Program-made: the position numbers and the translations under genes
From: Planctomycetota bacterium
Lineage (GTDB): Bacteria > Planctomycetota > GCA-002687715 > DRQF01
Direction of reading: 5' to 3'
DNA: 11,609 bases
NCBI GenBank assembly: GCA_036479435.1
Contig: JAZGFI010000254.1
Coordinates: 1 to 11,609, forward strand
Shown here: one piece after another, positions 1-7,392 of the stretch
Layout: each line of letters opens with the position of its first letter
Position numbering within the stretch: the first letter of the stretch is position 1
The notes under the pieces: generated by a model
Databases searched by the model: none
What the model saw: the letters and a program-made list of their open reading frames with translations, nothing else
What the model was told of the DNA's origin: nothing

Positions 1-125
1 TCGGAAGCCTTCGGGCAAAGAGGCTCACGACGAGGGAACTCGGCGTGGGCCTCACTTACTTGAAGGCCAACAGCGGCCTCAAATAGCGCGATGCTGGGAG
101 CCTCAAGATGCGTGGGTGCTTACAC
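1..125 (+). repeat. Left copy of a perfect 125-bp terminal inverted repeat
   Basis: 1..125 (tcggaagcc...gggtgcttacac) is the exact reverse complement of 11485..11609. Identity stops at position 126 (c, versus t on the other arm). Confidence 0.98.
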
Positions 126-1411
126 CGCGCCCGTCGGATGAGGTCGAAAACTTCTCCAAGGCTCACGTCGCCCTCAAACCCAATGATCAGGTACTCAAGT
201 TCGTCACGGCCCCAATCTGCGAACAGGTCTTCGAGTTCACCGACCTTGACTTCACGTCCCTTGCGATCGTCTGCACCGGAATAAACGAGGTAGCTGCGCT
301 TCTCTTTTTTCTCGAGAAGCATCTGACCTCGCCGAGCACGGGGCCCCTTGATGAAAAGTCGAGGACAGTGATCTAGATCTAAACCTCGAGGGAGGGTCTC
401 CGAAGACCAGCGCTCTATCGATTCTCCATTGGGCATCGCGACCTCCAAGGACTCGATGCCAACATCCTGTCGCCCACCAAAAGTAGCCAAGCCCAAGACC
501 CTCGTCGCGAGCAATTCCGGCTCGGCCAAAAGTCGAATGCGCGTGAGACTACGGTTCGAGTCCCCAGGCCTTCTACGATCTTGGCGACGAACACCTTGGT
601 TGCGAAAGAATGCCAGAAAACCCAGGCTATCCATGACCTCTTCTTCGCCAACTCGATATCCAAACTGCGGCACTGAGTCTTCATCGAGTGCGTTGGCCGG
701 CAACATCTCCAGCTTGATCTCGATCGCCGCTATCTTTTTCTCAGGCCGCGGCCCCAGCCTCTCGACGTAGTAGTTCTCATCGGGATTCGAGGAGTAGATC
801 TTCTTCACTTTCGCGCTTAGGTGTTTACGCCACTTGCGAGAGCCGCGTTGCACACCAAAACCACCCATGAAGGAAAAACTCCCCCAATCCCAATGCCGCA
901 CGAACACGACTTTGGGGATCGACACCACGTCATTTTTTGCGGAGGCCTTGCCGTAAACGCGCACTAAGGCTAGCTCGCGTATGCCCAAATCAAGACCGCG
1001 CAAGGTCGCCTTGAAGTCGCCCGAGCCGTTGAAACTCACGATCTGAAGGTGCAAGTCGGTCAAACCGTCAAAGTACTTGTGCTCGATGACGAGTTCGGTG
1101 GTTCCCGCGCCCTTGTTCTCCGAGATCACTCGCACGATCCCGAACCAGGCAATATCAACGCCATCGCGCTTGGCGATGTCATACTTCTTTAGAAGCGCAA
1201 AATCGTGTTTCTCTTCTTTCGTGACGGCATCAAGAAAGGGTTTCTCCATCGCACTGGGTTTGTATGAATTTGTTCCGAGCATGGTCGGCGGCGCGGTCGC
1301 GCGGTTCGGCACAAACTCGACGGGCGTCGCATCGCCCGACTGGCCCAGCCCCAAAGTGGACAAGCCCGCAATCATGACGATTGCCAGGGCAAGAGAGTTC
1401 AAAATTCGCAT
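56..1411 (-). CDS. Secreted hypothetical protein: signal peptide, putative OB/Slp-like domain, two degenerate ExbD-like periplasmic domains
   Basis: 451-aa ORF with GGAGG RBS 5 nt before the ATG (1417-1421) and N-terminal signal peptide MRILNSLALAIVMIAGLSTLGLGQ. The C-terminal segments TRIRLLAEPELLATRVLGLATFGGRQDVGIESLEVA and YLIIGFEGDVSLGEVFDLIRRAR fit the ExbD beta-alpha-beta pattern. Domain calls are by eye. Confidence 0.8.
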   Translation of the reverse strand: MRILNSLALAIVMIAGLSTLGLGQSGDATPVEFVPNRATAPPTMLGTNSYKPSAMEKPFLDAVTKEEKHDFALLKKYDIAKRDGVDIAWFGIVRVISENKGAGTTELVIEHKYFDGLTDLHLQIVSFNGSGDFKATLRGLDLGIRELALVRVYGKASAKNDVVSIPKVVFVRHWDWGSFSFMGGFGVQRGSRKWRKHLSAKVKKIYSSNPDENYYVERLGPRPEKKIAAIEIKLEMLPANALDEDSVPQFGYRVGEEEVMDSLGFLAFFRNQGVRRQDRRRPGDSNRSLTRIRLLAEPELLATRVLGLATFGGRQDVGIESLEVAMPNGESIERWSSETLPRGLDLDHCPRLFIKGPRARRGQMLLEKKEKRSYLVYSGADDRKGREVKVGELEDLFADWGRDELEYLIIGFEGDVSLGEVFDLIRRARCKHPRILRLPASRYLRPLLAFK

Positions 1412-1442
1412 GATCGCCTCCGTCTCCTTTTGTCTGAGACGA

Positions 1443-1471
1443 ACTATAGCTCTTCGCGATGAGATCGCGAA
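1443..1471 (-). promoter_or_regulatory. Putative promoter (-10 TATAGT) with an overlapping 8-bp inverted repeat upstream of the 451-aa gene
   Basis: Minus-strand TATAGT at 1443-1448; TTCGCGAT-gag-ATCGCGAA at 1453-1471; only a weak -35 (TTCGCG) at 17-nt spacing. Confidence 0.4.
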
Positions 1472-1483
1472 CTTCAGCGCTGT

Positions 1484-1822
1484 TTAGCGCTTCGATTCAA
1501 CCAGGTCCTTGAGCCGGTTGGCGGACTGGGCCAGACCCCGGACATACCGACTGACCCAGCGATCGCAAACCCGTTGGATCGGCACGGGATTGAGGTAATT
1601 CCAACGGTGACGGCCCTCCCGGCGAAACAGAACCAACTTCGCTTTCTCTAAGACATCCAAGTGCTTCATGACGCCCGTTCGCCCGATGCCCCCGTTTCTC
1701 GTTCGGGCAAAAAAATCACACAAGTCACCCGTGACACAGGGCCCCTTGGCCAGCCGATCGAGGATGGCGCGGCGAGTAGGATCGGCGAGCGCTTTCCAGA
1801 CCCAGTCTTCTTCGGCACTCAC
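1484..1822 (-). CDS. ArsR/SmtB family transcriptional regulator
   Basis: Signature VWKALADPTRRAILDRL, HTH RTGVMKHLDVLEKAKLV and wing RREGRHRWNYLNPVPI. GTG start lies 2 nt after the stop of the upstream SRPBCC gene. Confidence 0.95.
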   Translation of the reverse strand: MSAEEDWVWKALADPTRRAILDRLAKGPCVTGDLCDFFARTRNGGIGRTGVMKHLDVLEKAKLVLFRREGRHRWNYLNPVPIQRVCDRWVSRYVRGLAQSANRLKDLVESKR

Positions 1823-1824
1823 GC

Positions 1825-2298
1825 CTAGCCCCTACCCTCGACGAAGCGCTTGAGGCCGTTCTCCAACAGATCTCTCCACCCCGCTTCCATGCTGGGGAGC
1901 ATGCCTTCGTCAATGTGGCCATGGAGCGAGTTCGTCATGCGGACGATCGTGCTGCCGCCTTTTTCCTCGACTTCGATCAACAGGAAAGTTTGGCAAGGAC
2001 CGCCGAAGGGAGGCGCCATCGAACCGGCGAGGTTGATCGACTGCTGCGGTTCCACGGCGATCACCGTGAACCACAACAAGCTTCCGCCGCTGTCATTTCT
2101 CTCCACAAGATGCCCGCCGGCGCGTGCGTCCAGCACCATCTCCGAATCACCGGACACACATCTCAAGCCGGGTATCCACCACGAATTCGGCTCGTCGACG
2201 ATGGCCTGCCAAACGGCGGGCAGCGGCGCCTCAATGGACAGCTCCAACTCAAAACGTGCGGCACTCGCCTCCAGGGTTCTTGCTGCTTTAGGGCTCAT
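1825..2298 (-). CDS. SRPBCC (START/AHSA1-like) domain protein
   Basis: FELELSIEAPLPAVWQAI...WW, LDARAGG and C-terminal helix MEAGWRDLLENGLKRFVE. GAGGAGG RBS 7 nt upstream. SRPBCC-ArsR pairing is common. Confidence 0.92.
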   Translation of the reverse strand: MSPKAARTLEASAARFELELSIEAPLPAVWQAIVDEPNSWWIPGLRCVSGDSEMVLDARAGGHLVERNDSGGSLLWFTVIAVEPQQSINLAGSMAPPFGGPCQTFLLIEVEEKGGSTIVRMTNSLHGHIDEGMLPSMEAGWRDLLENGLKRFVEGRG

Positions 2299-2315
2299 TT
2301 CATGGCCTCCTCGTC

Positions 2316-2335
2316 ATGTCACCATATAGCGACAT
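2316..2335. promoter_or_regulatory. Palindromic operator, likely ArsR autoregulatory site
   Basis: ATGTCACCATATAGCGACAT: 8 of 10 positions pair, and the site overlaps the -10 box. Confidence 0.7.
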
Positions 2336-2349
2336 TTAGAGCCCGTCAA
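2321..2349 (-). promoter_or_regulatory. Sigma70-type promoter for the SRPBCC-ArsR operon
   Basis: Minus-strand TTGACG (2349-2344), 17-nt spacer, TATGGT (2326-2321), directly upstream of the RBS. Confidence 0.75.
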
Positions 2350-2368
2350 TCTGTTCTCCGATGACCGT

Positions 2369-2420
2369 AAAAGTCGAGTTAATGGGCTGGTATGAAAGAG
2401 CCCATCAAAACCTGGCTCGA
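2369..2420 (-). terminator. Possible intrinsic terminator after the 619-aa gene
   Basis: Inner stem ATGGGCT (2382-2388)/AGCCCAT (2399-2405), outer stem TCGAG (2374-2378)/CTCGA (2416-2420), followed on the minus strand by only 4 U (2372-2369). Confidence 0.4.
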
Positions 2421-2421
2421 T

Positions 2422-4281
2422 TCAGCGAACACCGACGACCAATCCAAATCCGTAGCCGATCTCCAGGCAAATCGCGGCCAGAGCCGTGGCGGTCGCACGG
2501 TCATGGGGAGCAACGGATCGGCCCTTCGGATCCCATGACCCTCGGAGCAGGCTTTCGTCGTTCTGGGTGTTGAGGATCATATCCTCCGTCGTCGCGTGCC
2601 ATCGCCTCCAAAGCTCACCACCCACGTTGTAGGCAAGGATGGTTCCAAACAACCAGTGGTGCATGTCGGCTTTTCTCTGCTTGGATGGTAAGCGCGCACC
2701 CAACAGTTCACTAGCCTTAGTACGAGCGGTATTCCTTTGGGTCTCGGAGTCGCCATACAGCTGTGAGAGCAGGACCACGGTGGTCATCAGGAAGCGTTTA
2801 TCACCCGCGACCTTTCCGGTCTCGGCATCCGCTAGCGCTTCTAGCTTTTTCCCCAGCAAGCTATTGACTGAGTCGCTTACCGATAGCCTTGCCGTGCGCG
2901 CCGACCTGAAGGCCAAAAGGGACCAAGCGAAGAACTCGGCATCGGCGTTGACATAGACGTCGTGGTCTTGCCGTTCACGCCAGAGAACTTGAAGCTGACC
3001 AAGGCCCTTTTGCGCTGTACCCTTGACGACAGGGCTCTTGGTGAGGCGGTAGATCTCACAAAAGGCGAGAGTCGCCAAAGCGTGCTGACTGGGATCTGGT
3101 GAGAAACCGCCGTCGATCCGCTGCTGCGATTTCAGCCAAGAAAGAGCGCCTCGCACTAGCCCCCGACCCGATCCGACTCTGTGAGTCGTCCCTTCTCCGG
3201 CGAATGCCAAAAGAGCCAAGGCTGTAGCTGAGACCGCCCCCTTTTCATCTCCCGCACCTGTCGTCCAAAAGCCTCTCTTTTTCTGCGCTTTTCCCAGCCA
3301 TTCCAAAGCACCGTCGAGGACCGGATGGTCCGTTCCCTTGAATGAGCGACGCGGTCTCTTGGGTTTCGCGGGCCGACGGTTCTCAGCTTCCTTTCGAACT
3401 TTTCGCTGAAAGCTCTCTGCCGCCTTGAGGTCCACTTTGGGAAACCCGACGAGCAAGGGAGCCTCGAAACCCTTGGCGCGGATAACATCATGCACTCCAA
3501 CCACTCGCCGCCAAGAAACCCCAGGGCCTACAGCTAAGCGCACCTTGCCGTCCGCATTCACTGCCTGGAATTTGGCGAGACGCTCGCCGACCCTCAATAG
3601 CGTCCGGTGACGGTTTGAAGTTTCGGGGCCATCGCTGCCCATTCGATAGAGCGTCACTCGCTCTCGAATCGGTCGATTGTCAAGCTCCCGAAGAGCTTGG
3701 TCCAAGTGCACCGTCACAAACGGCAGCTCGGATTCCTTGCTTCCGGGCACGCCAAGCTCCTTCCGCAACCCAAAACAGATAACCGGTCCTTCCTCCCCCG
3801 CGACCGCCAACTGGATTTTCGACACGGCTACCTTTGGACTCATGCATATCCGAATGACACCCATCACATAGTCAAAGGACCGGCCACGGTCGCATCGAAT
3901 CAACACAGAGCACTCTGAAAGTCGCTGCTTACTCTCCTCGATTTTCCGCTCGCTCCCAGGCGCCGGCGAACCAAGTTTTTTGACCAAGCCATCGTGCAAC
4001 GCCTTAAAGGAAACTTGCTGGCCGTCCAGCAGCATCTTGCCGCAAACTGCCAAGCGGTCCTCCGTCCATCTCACTCGGGTGGCCGGTTCGGAGAGTGCAA
4101 TCGCTGACGGCCCCCATCTCGTCAACTCGACAACGACAGGCTTTTCACTCGCCGGCGACGGCGCGGCGAACTGTGACTCCGGGAGCCCCACCAATAGCGT
4201 GTCCTGAATGGCCTGCATCCCAAAGAGACCCGAGGCAGCAAGCAACAACACCAAGATCAATCGCCACCATCCGAACACCAT
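2422..4281 (-). CDS. Exported protein: tandem ExbD-like domains fused to a prenyltransferase/squalene-cyclase-repeat (alpha/alpha barrel) domain
   Basis: Hydrophobic N-terminus. ExbD-like SVLIRCDRGRSFDYVMGVIRICMSPKVAVSKIQLAV and KVRLAVGPGVSWRRVVGVHDVIRAKGF. QW-like repeats ALEWLGKAQKKRGFW, ALSWLKSQQRIDGGF and ILNTQND...RGSW, plus TALALLAFAGEG. GGAG RBS. Confidence 0.88.
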   Translation of the reverse strand: MVFGWWRLILVLLLAASGLFGMQAIQDTLLVGLPESQFAAPSPASEKPVVVELTRWGPSAIALSEPATRVRWTEDRLAVCGKMLLDGQQVSFKALHDGLVKKLGSPAPGSERKIEESKQRLSECSVLIRCDRGRSFDYVMGVIRICMSPKVAVSKIQLAVAGEEGPVICFGLRKELGVPGSKESELPFVTVHLDQALRELDNRPIRERVTLYRMGSDGPETSNRHRTLLRVGERLAKFQAVNADGKVRLAVGPGVSWRRVVGVHDVIRAKGFEAPLLVGFPKVDLKAAESFQRKVRKEAENRRPAKPKRPRRSFKGTDHPVLDGALEWLGKAQKKRGFWTTGAGDEKGAVSATALALLAFAGEGTTHRVGSGRGLVRGALSWLKSQQRIDGGFSPDPSQHALATLAFCEIYRLTKSPVVKGTAQKGLGQLQVLWRERQDHDVYVNADAEFFAWSLLAFRSARTARLSVSDSVNSLLGKKLEALADAETGKVAGDKRFLMTTVVLLSQLYGDSETQRNTARTKASELLGARLPSKQRKADMHHWLFGTILAYNVGGELWRRWHATTEDMILNTQNDESLLRGSWDPKGRSVAPHDRATATALAAICLEIGYGFGLVVGVR

Positions 4282-4563
4282 CTCGCCACTCCGGAATCAA
4301 CCTCTAGGTTTTTCGCCCACCAAATCTTGCTGTGCCAGGTCAGCAATGTCGAGCATCTTTCCCAGTTCGACGACCTGGAGCGACGGGACGACAAGAACGC
4401 CGCCGCGATGCTTGTTAAAGTTGCCTCCCGGGACGTTGCTAACTCACTCAGACGCCCGCGTTGATTTTTGGGGGAGCTGCGGTTCGCCATCCGTCACGGC
4501 TCGGTCGTCGATGCACGGTGGTCTTCAGGCTAATCCTCCGAGTCCGACATCGAGGAAGCCACT

Positions 4564-6246
4564 GTGCCCACCATCGCGCCTGCTCGCGCCCTGAAATTGC
4601 TCCAAGGCCTCAAGTACGATTGTTCTTCGAAGGCTGCCGAACAAAAACTTGAGTTGTTGGCCAGTCTTGAGCACGGCCGGCTCAGCAGCTCTCAGGCGGT
4701 GTACGCATTCCACGAGCTCGCGGGCTACATGCGAGCCTATCCCGAAAATGCCGAAATCCTCGAAGTCGCCGAACGGATCAGTCGACAGTTTGACGCACGG
4801 CCCGATCTTGAGCGTTTTCGTCAGAAACTCATCGACACCGGTATCGCGGGCACCGCAATTCAGTTTCGCTTTTACTGGTTGACGGCCATCTTCCTGGTGA
4901 AACGTTGGCCGGAAAACCTGACCATTCAATGGAAGGACTTTGAGCACCGAGCCAAGCTCAGTGAATGGCTGCACCTTCTGCTCCCGTTTAGCGAAACCGC
5001 GGCTCTCGATTCCTTTGAGTTCGATCCCGACGAGTGGATCGATCTACTGAAGGGACCCGACGAAACCGACGCCGCTTTTTTGATCGAGCGTTTTGAAGCG
5101 ATGCCTGCCTTTATCCAGCTGAGGGAAAAGATCTACGAAGATCTCGACATCCCCATGCTGCTTGAGCCGGGGATCGACACGCCAGCACGCGGGCGCGAAC
5201 GCTGGCCCGATTCACCCGTCGTTTTTCGCGACGCGCCGCCTCCGGGCGGTCGACCGAATCTCAAGCGAGAGATTCCCAAGGTCGCGTTTGAAGTAGACAC
5301 TCTCGACCCGAAGACGGCGAGGAAGCTCATCGACCTCGCCAACACTTGCATGGTGCCCAGGCATCGCGACCTGCTCATCTTTTTGTACGCCGACCCCCAT
5401 GATGTCCGCATGATCGACCTTGGTGATGGGCTACAACTCGCCTGCATGGGGGCCGTTCCCGAGCGTCGTCTCATGCTGGAGTCAGTCTACGGATTCTTAA
5501 CGCTCATGAACGGCGTCCCCGTGGGCTACGTTCTTTGCAGCGCGTTCTACAACTCGGCTGAGGTCGCCTACAACGTCTTCGAAACTTACCGCGGGGCCGC
5601 TGCCGCCGACACCTACTGTCGCGTGCTCGCCGTTGTCGCGGGACTCTTCGGCGTCGACAGTTTTGCCATCGATCCCTACCAGCTCGGTCACAACAATGCC
5701 GAGGGTCAAAACTCAGGAGCTTGGTGGTTCTACCAGAAGCTGGGCTTCCGTCCGCACAATGCCAAAGTACGCGCGCTCGAACGCGAGGAACTGGCCCGGA
5801 TGAAGAAGGAACCCGGCTATCGCAGCTCACCAGCTAAACTAAACGACATGGCGTCGGAGTACATGTTCCTGCAGCTTAAGGGCCGCCGTAACGACGTACT
5901 CGGCAAGATCTCCCTCGGCAACATCGGCCTCAAAGTCTCCGAATACCTCGCGCAACGATTCGGCCACGACCGCGAAGGCGGCCTCGACACTTGCGAAGCC
6001 GAAACTGCGAAACTCCTCGGACTTCCATCGCGTTCTAAGCTAGCCCGCGGCGAACACATCGCGTGGCGTCGATGGGCCCCATTGGTTCTCGCCATCCCGG
6101 ATGTGGCCAAATGGACGCAGCCGCAGCGATTTGCGCTTCGCGATGTCATCCGCGCTAAGGGTGGCCCGCAAGAGGCCGACTTCGTGCGTCTATTAGATCG
6201 GCATGCGAAACTCCGCACCGCGCTCCTCGAGCTTTCGAAAGACTAA
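4564..6246 (+). CDS. Hypothetical protein (560 aa) with a putative internal GNAT-like domain
   Basis: Long ORF with GTG start after GAGGAAG and natural amino-acid composition. Motifs NGVPVGY, YNVFETYRG and SGAWWFYQKLGF. Confidence 0.85.
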   Translation: MPTIAPARALKLLQGLKYDCSSKAAEQKLELLASLEHGRLSSSQAVYAFHELAGYMRAYPENAEILEVAERISRQFDARPDLERFRQKLIDTGIAGTAIQFRFYWLTAIFLVKRWPENLTIQWKDFEHRAKLSEWLHLLLPFSETAALDSFEFDPDEWIDLLKGPDETDAAFLIERFEAMPAFIQLREKIYEDLDIPMLLEPGIDTPARGRERWPDSPVVFRDAPPPGGRPNLKREIPKVAFEVDTLDPKTARKLIDLANTCMVPRHRDLLIFLYADPHDVRMIDLGDGLQLACMGAVPERRLMLESVYGFLTLMNGVPVGYVLCSAFYNSAEVAYNVFETYRGAAAADTYCRVLAVVAGLFGVDSFAIDPYQLGHNNAEGQNSGAWWFYQKLGFRPHNAKVRALEREELARMKKEPGYRSSPAKLNDMASEYMFLQLKGRRNDVLGKISLGNIGLKVSEYLAQRFGHDREGGLDTCEAETAKLLGLPSRSKLARGEHIAWRRWAPLVLAIPDVAKWTQPQRFALRDVIRAKGGPQEADFVRLLDRHAKLRTALLELSKD

Positions 6247-6294
6247 TCGCAGCCGGTCTTCATCGGGGGTTGCCGAAAGTCCCTGCTGGAATTC

Positions 6295-7392
6295 TCACTT
6301 CTTGCTTGGCTTGAGCGAATTGGATTTTTCTCGGATAGGGCCGATGTACTTCGTGGCCACGACGAGATTGTCGAAATAAACGATGTTCTGGTCTGCCTTC
6401 CCCTTTTGGGCCGACTCGGCGGAGACATACCATTGCAACATGGTGCGGTTGATCTTCAGCCTTTCATGGGTCCGCCAGCCAAAGCCCTTAAAAGGCTTGG
6501 GGTCTTTGTTCCAAACCCCTGAGGTCACAAAACGACTTCGGATCGGAGTGCCAACCGGGAAACCTGGACCCCAGTGCCCGACCTTCTTGCCGTCGATCCA
6601 AACCGCTTGTTCACCGTCATGCTTGCCAATCTGGTTGAGTTTCACCATGAACTCGACGCAGATCCACCGCTCTCTGCCCACAAAGGGCCGCTGACCGTCG
6701 GCCAAGAAGCTATTTCCGTAGAAGGCGTTGGGCCGACCGTCGGATTTGCCATCGGGTGTCTGCCAGCTTCGCATCTCGTGCCAGTAGGTGTAAAACATCC
6801 AGCCTTTGCGACCTTTAGGGCTGCGATCCAGTTGAGGCGGTTCGATCGTCGTTCCGAATTTTCCATCCACTCCGCCCGGCGGGCGAATTCCGGCACCACC
6901 GCCAAAGCGATATTTGTAAGTCGGCATGTGTCCGCCCATGTTGACGAAATGGTGCGGCGTGACCGTGTCCTTATCAAAGCGACAGTAAAATCGGACGTAG
7001 CAGCGCTCAACGCCTTTCTTCCAGGCGAATACGAGATCGCCACCGCTGTCTTTGCCGCGCGTCGCCGTGATCTTCGCACAGGCCTTTCCACCGCGAGCAA
7101 TCTTGGCGTCAAAAAGGATCTCGACTCCCTGTCGCCGCTTCTTCAGCCCACCGCGAATCCCCTTTTCAAAACCCGTGGCATAAATCACCGAGCGGTTCTT
7201 CGCGATATCGCGGTCCAGGGGATAACGAGCGGCCAAGCCCGGCCCTTCCGCTCGCCTTGCTTGGTGCTTTTGATCTAGGACCTGGCTCGACTCATCCCTT
7301 TGTGCAACCGCGGCAACCGGCGCCAAGACCAAGCCCATGAAAAGCCAGGCAACAAATCGACACATTCCCTGAGCATCACCGAAAAGTATCAT
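6295..7392 (-). CDS. Secreted protein with polysaccharide-lyase/ConA-like beta-sandwich domain (start may be a later Met)
   Basis: Signal-like FVAWLFMGLVLAPVAAVA. Motifs CYVRFYCRFD, RERWICVEFMVKLNQIGKHDGEQAVWIDGKKV and VYFDNLVVATKYIGP. ATGA overlap (7389-7392) with the upstream methyltransferase stop. Confidence 0.8.
   Translation of the reverse strand: MILFGDAQGMCRFVAWLFMGLVLAPVAAVAQRDESSQVLDQKHQARRAEGPGLAARYPLDRDIAKNRSVIYATGFEKGIRGGLKKRRQGVEILFDAKIARGGKACAKITATRGKDSGGDLVFAWKKGVERCYVRFYCRFDKDTVTPHHFVNMGGHMPTYKYRFGGGAGIRPPGGVDGKFGTTIEPPQLDRSPKGRKGWMFYTYWHEMRSWQTPDGKSDGRPNAFYGNSFLADGQRPFVGRERWICVEFMVKLNQIGKHDGEQAVWIDGKKVGHWGPGFPVGTPIRSRFVTSGVWNKDPKPFKGFGWRTHERLKINRTMLQWYVSAESAQKGKADQNIVYFDNLVVATKYIGPIREKSNSLKPSKK

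Noticed and set aside
7..16. GCC-TTCG-GGC mini-hairpin near the terminus as a telomere-like structure
   Set aside because: A 3-bp stem is expected by chance, and there is no array of terminal palindromes.
2296..2303. Mini-ORF ATG AAA TGA overlapping the SRPBCC start
   Set aside because: Its ATG is only 2 nt from the RBS, whereas the SRPBCC ATG has a 7-nt spacing.
4257..4594. Short ORFs in the divergent intergenic region (77 aa minus, 128 aa plus, and a roughly 45-codon TTG ORF at 4327-4463)
   Set aside because: No RBS, motif or compositional support; more likely a divergent promoter region.
6247..6294. Bidirectional terminator between convergent genes
   Set aside because: No convincing stem or U-tract.
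6574..7278. 234-aa plus-strand ORF
   Set aside because: Antisense shadow of the 365-aa secreted protein gene.
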